Assembly (NCBI GenBank): GCA_001789395.1
Contig: MFZK01000014.1
Coordinates: forward strand, 47,130-111,129
Reading direction: 5' to 3'
Origin: Candidatus Roizmanbacteria bacterium RIFCSPHIGHO2_02_FULL_37_13b
GTDB lineage: Bacteria > Patescibacteriota > Microgenomatia > UBA1406 > HO2-37-13b
Length of the DNA stretch: 64,000 bases
Below are positions 18,562 through 25,638 of this stretch, piece by piece. The stretch's first letter is position 1. Each line of letters begins with the position of its first letter. The translations under genes and the position numbers were made by a program. Under the pieces are notes generated by a model, which made no database searches, was not told where the DNA came from, and saw only the letters and a list, made by a program, of their open reading frames with translations.

Positions 18562-18828
18562 TCAACTCATCATTTGTCTCAATATTCTATAAATATCCTT
18601 TCTATGAGAAATCAGGATAATATACACTATTTGCTTTTGTTGTCGATAGACGATCCGATAATCGCCGACTCTGATGCGAAAGACATCCCGATAGCCTTTG
18701 AGTTTCTCTTCATTTAGATGAATATTGCTATCACGAAGACTTCTTATTTTTTGAGCAATGGCAATTTGATCTATTTTAGTGAGATGACGGAGACTTTTTT
18801 CTGCTTGAGGAGAAAGAATGATCCTCAT
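18562..18828 (-). CDS. type II toxin, RelE/ParE superfamily
   Basis: 88 aa. KLKGYRDVFRIRVGDYRIVYRQQKQIVYIILISHRKDIY is the typical RelE/ParE C-terminal signature. 4-nt overlap with the upstream antitoxin. Confidence 0.85.
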   Translation of the reverse strand: MRIILSPQAEKSLRHLTKIDQIAIAQKIRSLRDSNIHLNEEKLKGYRDVFRIRVGDYRIVYRQQKQIVYIILISHRKDIYRILRQMMS

Positions 18829-19064
18829 ATTCCAAGTTCATTTGCTACATCTTCAAAATTTTTTCCCTTTTTAAAGTCTGCGGAGACTACCGCTTTGTTA
18901 TCAATATAATTCTCAATATAAGCCATAAGCTTTTCATAGAGATCTTTGCCGATAAGATAGGCTTTTACTTGATTTCTTTTTTCAACTGCAATCGGATAAT
19001 CGAATGCACGATCAATAATCTTTGCCGGTCTGGATTTTAGTTGTGAGATAGAAACTGTGTTCAT
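18825..19064 (-). CDS. type II antitoxin, Phd/YefM-like
   Basis: MNTVSISQLKSRPAKIIDRA...PIAVEKRNQVKAYLIGKDLYEKL. The track ORF extends to 19094, but ATG 19064 gives the family-typical N-terminus. Confidence 0.8.
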   Translation of the reverse strand: MNTVSISQLKSRPAKIIDRAFDYPIAVEKRNQVKAYLIGKDLYEKLMAYIENYIDNKAVVSADFKKGKNFEDVANELGI

Positions 19065-19100
19065 ATAGACATAATAATAAGATATTATTAACATATTGTC

Positions 19101-19133
19101 AAGACCTATTATAAGGTCTTATTAATAGACCTT
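19101..19133. promoter_or_regulatory. candidate antitoxin operator: AAGACCT-N6-AGGTCTT inverted repeat plus a third AGACCTT half-site
   Basis: AAGACCT at 19101-19107, AGGTCTT at 19114-19120, AGACCTT at 19127-19133. It sits in the divergent intergenic region just upstream of the TA operon. Confidence 0.5.
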
Positions 19134-19141
19134 ATATAATA

Positions 19142-19170
19142 TTGACTTATAGTTGTTATTATATTACAAT
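19142..19170 (+). promoter_or_regulatory. sigma70-type promoter for the 712-aa gene
   Basis: TTGACT at 19142-19147, a 17-nt spacer, then TACAAT at 19165-19170. Confidence 0.6.
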
Positions 19171-19204
19171 AATTAAACAGATTATAAATTAATAATAGCT
19201 TTTT

Positions 19205-21343
19205 ATGGACGAACATAGGCCTGTTGTTAATTCAACAACTTCTCCAGAACTACAATTATTTAAAGAACCTATAATAGAAGAACAATTACATGCTCTTGAA
19301 AAAGCGCTTCTCGAATATAAGCGACCTGATTCTTTAGATTCAGCATATACAGCCGTTCTACAAATTCCTGGTATCGAAGTATATGGTCTGTCGGTAGATA
19401 GATCAATAGACGAATCAGCAGATGATTTAAAACGAATGACTGATGATATCATGAATGGATCAGAACAGTTCGCTGCTCCACCGTTACTTGCAGGTTCAGC
19501 TCGTTGGACAGATTCAGAAACTGCTGAATTTATGGGTAAACATCCTGCATATAGACCTCAAATAGAATTACCAGAAAAGCCAGAAGAACGAATAAAAGTA
19601 TATTTACCAGTTTTAAACTTGTTGACTCATCGCATTCATCGCGTGGAAGAACAACTGCACGAATCACCGGATTCCACTGACTTGCAGAAGCTTCGAAGAG
19701 ACCTTCATAATCAGCGCAGTATGATGTATCTGGGGTTACTAGTTGAATTTGGAGGTCCGTTTAAACGAGCTGCCGAAGATCAATTATGGCTGTATGATCC
19801 TCGAGAGGATGAGGAAGCGGGATATATGAATCCACAAAAATCAAGGTTAATTGGTGATGTAGTAGAAAGTATTGCTACTGAAGAAGGAGTTGATATAGCA
19901 GAATTAAAACAGAAAGTCCTTGATGCTACATATGATGGCGATCTATCTTTAATTAATACTTTTTTATTTGGGAAACAGGGCGACCATGCGACTCGTCGAG
20001 CACTTGAGGAGATATTAGATCGAAGAGTATCAGATAGACAGTGGCAAGCAAGCGTTTTAAGATCGGCCTATGTGTTGGAATTATTTAGACAGAGATCTGG
20101 CCTCACTCTGGACGATATGATGATGTATAACGGACTTCCTTCCTTAGATGTTACTTTACAAGGATTACGTGATTTTGCTGCAAGCACTCAACTTCATAAT
20201 GATCTTAGTGCTCATATAGCTGTTGAAGCTAAACCAGAACAGGATGCAGCAGGTGAGCAACATAGGCCAATGCAGATGTATCGATTAATAGAGGAACGGG
20301 CGATTAGAAGAGGTTTTGCCGATCGTTTACCTAATAGAGAAAGAGCTACAGAGTATGCTAGAAGCTTGGAAGTCTTATGGAATAAATTATTTCCTTTAAA
20401 TACTAGATTAGCCGGAGATTACTCATGTCATTTATTGACTAGACGAGGCGCCAATCAACGCGCTGGTGCTAATACTTATTATACCGGTGATATGGAGCAT
20501 CCAGGAACCGTTCATGTTTTACATATTCCTACAATGGATACAGTGCAACTTCCCGCATATTTACCTCATGAAAAAGGTCATGAAAAGCATGCTCAAGTTG
20601 TCGCATTAGCAGGTGAGAAAGGTTTAGCAGAACCAAGAGCTTATGAATCTATCCCTGGTGGTGTTAGTGAAGCGATTGCTATGTTACTTGAAACATCATT
20701 TCCTCCAATTGCCGATGAAGAAGGTATTCGATACGTTGGTGATCCTTCTGAGACAAATAAAGATGTCCCACCAGTGGAAAAACCCGATGGCGTAACGACA
20801 AAAGATTTATATCAAACCGTTGTCATGCGAGCATTTCAAGCTATAAAAGGTTTTGCGGGAGGGGAGGCTCGACGTCAGTTGCAGGATTTTGTATCCAGAG
20901 GGACTCAATTTAAACAAAGTGAAGCAGATGATCTTGTTCCTCAAATAGATGCTGAGGTATTAAAACTTGCGAACTCAACCGGAGTGGATTTTGGTGCAAG
21001 AGGTTCCTCATTGGGTTATTTACTGCTTGAATTATGGAATCCTGGTGACGGTAGTATTTATATCGCTAGTAAATTACCGCAAGTAGATTATGGATTAGAA
21101 GAAGAGTCAGGATCAGACGAAGAAGGAGCTGAAGAGACCGATATAGACTTAGCTTATGAATTTACGTCTCGATATGGAGAAAAATGGCTAGATAGGACAG
21201 AAGCTCGACAACATTTAATTGCCTTAATGTATCGAACAGACTCTGAACGTAATTTAGCGAAATTAGCTGAATTTATAAGAACAGCAAAACCTGAGGAAGT
21301 TGAGCAGACCCTTGAAGAACTAGGTCTATCGGATTATATATAA
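19205..21343 (+). CDS. acidic 712-aa putative zinc metallopeptidase (gluzincin, M2/M3/M32-like signature), otherwise unrecognised
   Basis: PHEKGHEKH (HExxH, HExGHxxH as in M3) is followed 30 residues after the second His by GGVSEAIAMLLE. Compare the ACE motif HEAIGDVL and the thimet oligopeptidase motif EAPSQMLE. No signal peptide. D/E-rich and K-poor, unlike neighbouring proteins. Confidence 0.5.
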   Translation: MDEHRPVVNSTTSPELQLFKEPIIEEQLHALEKALLEYKRPDSLDSAYTAVLQIPGIEVYGLSVDRSIDESADDLKRMTDDIMNGSEQFAAPPLLAGSARWTDSETAEFMGKHPAYRPQIELPEKPEERIKVYLPVLNLLTHRIHRVEEQLHESPDSTDLQKLRRDLHNQRSMMYLGLLVEFGGPFKRAAEDQLWLYDPREDEEAGYMNPQKSRLIGDVVESIATEEGVDIAELKQKVLDATYDGDLSLINTFLFGKQGDHATRRALEEILDRRVSDRQWQASVLRSAYVLELFRQRSGLTLDDMMMYNGLPSLDVTLQGLRDFAASTQLHNDLSAHIAVEAKPEQDAAGEQHRPMQMYRLIEERAIRRGFADRLPNRERATEYARSLEVLWNKLFPLNTRLAGDYSCHLLTRRGANQRAGANTYYTGDMEHPGTVHVLHIPTMDTVQLPAYLPHEKGHEKHAQVVALAGEKGLAEPRAYESIPGGVSEAIAMLLETSFPPIADEEGIRYVGDPSETNKDVPPVEKPDGVTTKDLYQTVVMRAFQAIKGFAGGEARRQLQDFVSRGTQFKQSEADDLVPQIDAEVLKLANSTGVDFGARGSSLGYLLLELWNPGDGSIYIASKLPQVDYGLEEESGSDEEGAEETDIDLAYEFTSRYGEKWLDRTEARQHLIALMYRTDSERNLAKLAEFIRTAKPEEVEQTLEELGLSDYI

Positions 21344-21394
21344 ATTTTGAATGAATCTATATAATTAGACATTATTCTAATTTTTCTTCTTCTT

Positions 21395-21423
21395 TTGACT
21401 ACCTATAGTCTACATACTATAAT
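21395..21423 (+). promoter_or_regulatory. near-consensus sigma70 promoter in the island intergenic region
   Basis: TTGACT at 21395-21400, a 17-nt spacer, then TATAAT at 21418-21423. Confidence 0.6.
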
Positions 21424-21429
21424 GCAGTA

Positions 21430-21482
21430 TCCCAATATGAAGCACTGAAGATATATTGCTTATCTTAATGAGTGCTGTTTTT
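21430..21482 (+). ncRNA. candidate short transcript or leader ending in an intrinsic-terminator-like hairpin
   Basis: Starts about 7 nt after the -10 box. Hairpin AGCACT(21441-46)...AGTGCT(21471-76) has an inner AAGATA/TATCTT pairing, followed by GTTTTT. Confidence 0.3.
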
Positions 21483-21679
21483 ATGGGTCGAAGCTCTCTT
21501 TTATTAGAGGAGCGGAGATCCCTACCGAAGTCCCGACTTTGCGTCGGGACGAAGGGGGAATTTTTTTGCACTTTGGCACTTTGACCCAGCTAGAACTCTT
21601 ACTTCGGTCTGAGAGGCTTACAGCCTCCCACTCCCGAGGAGTGAGTCTACTGGGTTTGCAGTGCTACACACTTTTACAA

Positions 21680-21693
21680 CAAGTGAGTTATTT
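21680..21693. repeat. left copy of 14-bp inverted repeat CAAGTGAGTTATTT flanking the high-GC cassette
   Basis: Perfect reverse complement of 23585-23598. Confidence 0.7.
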
Positions 21694-21696
21694 GTA

Positions 21697-21741
21697 TATG
21701 TCATTGCGAGGATCCCGCTCAGCGGGGGACGAAGCAATCTA
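21697..21741 (+). repeat. TGTCAT...ATC hairpin repeat (TGTCATTGCGAG-GATCCCGCTCAGCGGGGGA-CGAAGCAATC)
   Basis: Shares the TGTCAT 5' end, a GC hairpin core (CCCGC/GCGGG) and an ATC 3' end with the two units at 46689-46745. Confidence 0.6.
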
Positions 21742-21756
21742 GTCACATCTTTAAAA

Positions 21757-21814
21757 TATCCAGCAAGGAGATTTGTATATATGTAAACATATATACAGTT
21801 CGACTTGCTGGATA
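21757..21814. repeat. 58-nt nested perfect hairpin
   Basis: Outer stem TATCCAGCAAG (21757-67) pairs with CTTGCTGGATA (21804-14). Inner stem TGTATATATG (21774-83) pairs with CATATATACA (21788-97), with loop TAAA. Confidence 0.85.
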
Positions 21815-21815
21815 A
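21803..21815 (+). repeat. left copy of direct repeat ACTTGCTG(G)ATAA at the low-GC/high-GC transition
   Basis: ACTTGCTGGATAA here and ACTTGCTGATAA at 23604-23615. Confidence 0.6.
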
Positions 21816-21929
21816 GCCAGCAATATAGAGAAAGGAGAGGACTAACCCGAGCCGGCGGTTCCGGCAAAAACCTCGTTTTCAGGCGAGGATCGTAGACTAC
21901 GAATAAATAAAGAAAGGTTTGTTAATCAC

Positions 21930-23432
21930 ATGGACATTCACGTCCACCATGGACCAATCCAGACGACAGCCGCAGACGCAATCGTCGTCAACCTCTTTCA
22001 AGGTGTCACTCACCTGGGTGGTGCCACCGGAGCCGTCGATGCCGCCTTGGGCGGCCAGATCAGCGCCGTGATCGGTAGCGGCGACTTTAAGGGCAAGCTT
22101 GGCGAGACGCTTGTCCTATACGGTCGTGGCGTCATCCCGGCCTCCCGTGTGATCGTGGTGGGTCTCGGCAAGGCCGAGGAATTCATCCTGGACACCGTAC
22201 GGTGTGCCGCGGCCGCGGCAGCCCTCGCTGCCCGCAAGCTGGGTGCCCGGAGTCTCGCCACGATCGTGCATCGGGCCCGCGGCGACCAGTTAGATCTCGC
22301 CGCTGAGGCTCAGGCGCTGGTGGAGGGCACACTGCTCGCACTCTACGAGTTCAAGATCTACAAGACACAGGGGGATGAGACACCTTCCCAGGTAGAGTAC
22401 CTGACGGTGGTCGAGACGGATAGCGACCGGCTCGAGGCCATTAGTTCAGGTATCGTGGCCGGCGAGGCTGTGGCAGCCGGGGTGATCCTTGCTCGCGACC
22501 TGGCCAACCATCCGGGCAACGTGGCCACGCCGACGTACTTGGCAAACCAGGCCGTGGCGTTGGCCGAGCGTCACGGAATGCGTGTCGAGGTCTGGGATGC
22601 CGATCGAATGCGTGCTGAGGGCATGGGCGCGTTCTTGTCGGTCTCGGCCGGCTCGGCCGAGCCGCCGAAGTTCATCATCGTGGAATACGCGCCGACCGGC
22701 GACGCGGTACTCTCCCCCCACGTGTTGGTCGGGAAGGGGGTTACCTTCGATACCGGCGGCATCAGCCTCAAGCCCGGAGCGAAGATGGGTGACATGAAGT
22801 TCGACATGGCTGGCGCCGCCGCCGTGCTGGGGACGATGGAGGCCGTCGGTCGACTCAGTCTTAACAGGCGGATCGTCGGTCTCATCGGAGCCACCGAGAA
22901 CATGCCCGGTGGTAAAGCGACCAAGCCTGGTGACATCGTGAGGACCTTGACCGGCGCCACGGTCGAGATCGTCAACACCGACGCCGAGGGGCGTATGGTG
23001 TTGGCCGATCTCCTCGGATTCGCCCGTCGTCTTCAGCCGGCGGCGGTGGTGGATCTGGCGACGCTGACGGGCGCCATCGTCGTCGCGTTGGGGAGTCAGT
23101 ATGCAGGCCTCTTCGCGAACGACGACGCTTTGGCCTCCGCCTTGCAGGTTGCAGGCGAAGCGACCGGTGAACCTCTCTGGCGCATGCCGTTGGGGAAGCG
23201 ATACGATGACATCGTCAAGAGCAAGGTCGCAGATATGGCCAACTTGGCCCCAGGAAGTCCGGTGCCGGCCGGAGCCGTAAACGGCGCCAAGTTCCTGGAG
23301 CGCTTCGTGCAGTACCCGTGGGCGCACCTCGACATCGCTGCCACCGCCTGGGATGCCAAGGATATCTCCTATATCCCCGAAGGAGCTACCGGATTCGGGG
23401 TGCGGCTGCTCGTCCAGTGGCTGCGTGCCTGA
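21930..23432 (+). CDS. pepA: leucyl aminopeptidase, peptidase family M17; strongly GC-rich relative to the rest of the window
   Basis: 500 aa with the M17 signature NTDAEGRMVLADLL and VGKGVTFDTGGISLKP. GC-rich codon usage produces long spurious antisense ORFs (for example 22446..23327). Confidence 0.93.
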   Translation: MDIHVHHGPIQTTAADAIVVNLFQGVTHLGGATGAVDAALGGQISAVIGSGDFKGKLGETLVLYGRGVIPASRVIVVGLGKAEEFILDTVRCAAAAAALAARKLGARSLATIVHRARGDQLDLAAEAQALVEGTLLALYEFKIYKTQGDETPSQVEYLTVVETDSDRLEAISSGIVAGEAVAAGVILARDLANHPGNVATPTYLANQAVALAERHGMRVEVWDADRMRAEGMGAFLSVSAGSAEPPKFIIVEYAPTGDAVLSPHVLVGKGVTFDTGGISLKPGAKMGDMKFDMAGAAAVLGTMEAVGRLSLNRRIVGLIGATENMPGGKATKPGDIVRTLTGATVEIVNTDAEGRMVLADLLGFARRLQPAAVVDLATLTGAIVVALGSQYAGLFANDDALASALQVAGEATGEPLWRMPLGKRYDDIVKSKVADMANLAPGSPVPAGAVNGAKFLERFVQYPWAHLDIAATAWDAKDISYIPEGATGFGVRLLVQWLRA

Positions 23433-23441
23433 GCCGTCGGT

Positions 23442-23496
23442 GAGGGGGGCGGCGGCAACGTCGCCCCCCTCGGCCGTCCTTCTTCAAAGAAGGACG
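23442..23496 (+). terminator. two GC-rich hairpins downstream of pepA
   Basis: GAGGGGGGCG (23442-51) pairs with CGCCCCCCTC (23462-71). CGTCCTTC (23475-82) pairs with GAAGGACG (23489-96). There is no clear U-tract. Confidence 0.45.
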
Positions 23497-23584
23497 AAAA
23501 AGTGAACCGGTAGGTTCAAAGATTGGAGGATCACAATTTGCATAGATCCATTTTTCCAGTCTAACCAACTTTACCCGGTCCATA

Positions 23585-23598
23585 AAATAACTCACTTG
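23585..23598. repeat. right copy of 14-bp inverted repeat (AAATAACTCACTTG)
   Basis: Perfect reverse complement of 21680-21693. Confidence 0.7.
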
Positions 23599-23603
23599 CT
23601 CAC

Positions 23604-23615
23604 ACTTGCTGATAA
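23604..23615 (+). repeat. right copy of direct repeat ACTTGCTGATAA
   Basis: Matches 21803-21815 except for one G indel. It is also the 5' arm of a local hairpin (23606-23631). Confidence 0.6.
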
Positions 23616-23699
23616 ATTGTTTTTATCGGCAGATGAGAGAAAAAGATAAAGACAAGAGGATTGAGCATGGAGAATAGAGATTAGTAGTTAGAGATTAGA

Positions 23700-24008
23700 T
23701 TATTTTATTAAATTACAACGATGAGTAAGTATATTTCCCCAAGTCATCATACTTTCAGCCCATTCTAGATTATCAGTTGGGCCGCTTAAACCTTTCTTTT
23801 TAAGTTTGGGATATTCGTTTATAAAATTTTGAATAGTTCTTTGAAGAATTATCGGTAAAATCTGTAGATTAATTTTATTTATATATTCTGTATTTTCTTC
23901 CAAAAAAATACCAATCCGTTTTTTTTTGGCATTATAATCATCCGCTGCCCAGTTACCGACGCGGTTCAAATTCATGGCGATGTCCAATATTAACGCTTTG
24001 TTATCCAT
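23700..24008 (-). CDS. hypothetical small helical protein (102 aa)
   Basis: ORF with host-like AT-rich codon usage. No family recognised. Confidence 0.5.
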   Translation of the reverse strand: MDNKALILDIAMNLNRVGNWAADDYNAKKKRIGIFLEENTEYINKINLQILPIILQRTIQNFINEYPKLKKKGLSGPTDNLEWAESMMTWGNILTHRCNLIK

Positions 24009-24013
24009 TTTTT

Positions 24014-24343
24014 CTAAAATAACAATTTATGAACGATAGTATCAAATTTTGCTCTTATTTCTTCACTTAATATGTCCCGACTCGGATTATTTTGTCGAGG
24101 ACGAAGATTGATAATAGAATTGTAATCTATCTCTTTTGTCTGCTTATCAATGCCGCCACCCCAAAGATTTTCTTGTTTAGATCCTTTGTTAAGTAATAAT
24201 TGTTCGCCTTCAACATGTCTTTTCCCCCCACCGGTCATGATTTCTTTGTCAACGTCAACTACCAATTTAATATACCCATCAAAATCTTCCACTATTTTAA
24301 TTATTTCTTCTTCTTTTATAGATTCTCTTATCAAAATAAGCAT
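24014..24343 (-). CDS. small conserved hypothetical protein, resembles the DUF5674 family
   Basis: IKLVVDVDKEIMTGGG..H..GEQLLLNKGSKQENLWGGGI...IINLRP. The pattern matches my recollection of DUF5674 proteins and was not verified. Confidence 0.45.
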   Translation of the reverse strand: MLILIRESIKEEEIIKIVEDFDGYIKLVVDVDKEIMTGGGKRHVEGEQLLLNKGSKQENLWGGGIDKQTKEIDYNSIINLRPRQNNPSRDILSEEIRAKFDTIVHKLLF

Positions 24344-24431
24344 AAGGCAAATTATAGCAATTAATAAGCGGTTTCTCTATGTATTGTATTTGAAGAGTTC
24401 AAGGTATGTTCTAATTATGATTTTTATTGTC

Positions 24432-24460
24432 TTGACAAGATAAAATAATTGATCTATACT
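24432..24460 (+). promoter_or_regulatory. sigma70-type promoter for the M29-like gene
   Basis: TTGACA at 24432-24437, a 17-nt spacer, then TATACT at 24455-24460. An AAGG-type SD precedes ATG 24481. Confidence 0.6.
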
Positions 24461-24480
24461 GGCAAAGGAAAAACAAGGTT

Positions 24481-25632
24481 ATGACAGCACAACCTGAAGC
24501 ACCAATTTCGCAAGAACTTCTCCAACAAGCCGCTGATAATTATTATCATTGTTTAAATTTACCAAGAGGAAGCAATGTCATCGTGGTATCAGAATCAATA
24601 CCAGAGGGTGGACGAAATGTTGATGCAAGTGTCCTGTTGAGAAATACATTAGCAGACCAGATTAGACAAAAAGCTGAAAGAGATGACCATTCGGTAGCTC
24701 ATTTATCATTTAACAATGAAACAACCGAAGATGAATTCCGCGATTCAACATCAAGAACGCTTTCAGAATATTGTTTAGAAGACGGCGATAAACCACCGGC
24801 GTCAACTACTATAGTATATTTGGGAGATTATTGGGCAAATAGAGGCGGTTTGTATCAGGCAGCAAACGAACATGGATTAAGGCATGATATTAGGATTGCC
24901 GGTTCAATCGGTCTAACTTCAGGAGATATCCGTGTTTTGAGCGCGCTCACAAGAGAAAAACAAAGAGAGATGTCGCAAGTATCAAATGTACTCGAAGCCA
25001 AATTTCAGAGGAATCCAAAGGGATTTATTCAGGTTAAGACTTTGTCAGCAGAAGGTCATGAGCATTTATTAAATCTTCCCTATGACTGTCATCAAGCTCC
25101 CTTCAAAACTGATCCCGGTCGAATTGATGATGAACATCCAATAAAAATGGGCGCCTTTCGATTTCATAATATTCCTGGCGGCCATTTTTTTGGAGCTCCC
25201 TATGAATTTAAACATACAAATGGTAAATTTGTAGCACAGGGCATTGTCTTTAATGTAGTAGATGGTTTGATTGCAGATATTACTGATGATATAGAGGGAT
25301 CGTATGAAAAATTAGATCCAGATCAGCGACGAGCATTAGATTATGTAAAGGGCGGTGGTGGATTACCCTTGTCAGAATTGGGAATCGGATTACATCGGCA
25401 GGTTAATGTCCCAAGTTTTTCAGATTGCTCAATGTTGACCCGGACTAAATCAGGAGTATATTTTGGATTAGGTGAAGCTCATAGCGACACTTCAGAGGCT
25501 GAGCAAATTAGAGGTCTACCAAGCGGCCGCGTTCATTATAATTTTATCCTTTCTGATCCTGAGCTTAGCTTATTAACGCCATCTTTAGATGATCCAATTC
25601 CTATCTATCAACATCAAGCAACGGCTGATTAA
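24481..25632 (+). CDS. divergent M29 (aminopeptidase T/PepS)-like protein
   Basis: FHNIPGGHFFGAPYE aligns with the M29 motif N-[IL]-P-x-x-E-[VI]-F-T-A-P. ELGIGLH and YFGLGEAH resemble later M29 blocks. Acidic and K-poor, like the 712-aa protein. Confidence 0.4.
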   Translation: MTAQPEAPISQELLQQAADNYYHCLNLPRGSNVIVVSESIPEGGRNVDASVLLRNTLADQIRQKAERDDHSVAHLSFNNETTEDEFRDSTSRTLSEYCLEDGDKPPASTTIVYLGDYWANRGGLYQAANEHGLRHDIRIAGSIGLTSGDIRVLSALTREKQREMSQVSNVLEAKFQRNPKGFIQVKTLSAEGHEHLLNLPYDCHQAPFKTDPGRIDDEHPIKMGAFRFHNIPGGHFFGAPYEFKHTNGKFVAQGIVFNVVDGLIADITDDIEGSYEKLDPDQRRALDYVKGGGGLPLSELGIGLHRQVNVPSFSDCSMLTRTKSGVYFGLGEAHSDTSEAEQIRGLPSGRVHYNFILSDPELSLLTPSLDDPIPIYQHQATAD

Positions 25633-25638
25633 TTCGTT

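Noticed and set aside
18438-18909. Plus-strand ORFs 18438..18620, 18505..18717 and 18718..18909
   Set aside because: They are antisense to or overlapping the well-supported minus-strand RelE/Phd pair. They have no motifs and no RBS.
21577-21648. tRNA-like cloverleaf: a long-range stem enclosing three hairpins, one with a 7-nt loop CUUACAG that would give anticodon UAC
   Set aside because: The acceptor stem needs a bulge. There is no T-loop (GTTCRANYC-type) and the third hairpin has a 3-nt loop. D-stem and anticodon-stem nucleotides conflict. It is at best tRNA debris and not a callable tRNA gene.
21539-21742. 67-aa ORF in the island intergenic region
   Set aside because: It begins at a non-ATG codon. 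It is the translation of hairpin repeats (the SLRGSRSAGDEAI-type string comes from the TGTCAT...ATC unit). It has no RBS.
22010-23595. Long ORFs antisense to or out of frame with pepA (22446..23327, 22571..22978, 22489..22797, 23096..23359, 22010..22261, 23386..23595)
   Set aside because: These are typical stop-poor shadow frames of GC-rich DNA. The forward frame carries the M17 signature NTDAEGR and full-length homology, and the shadow ORFs have low-complexity R/A/G/P-rich sequence.
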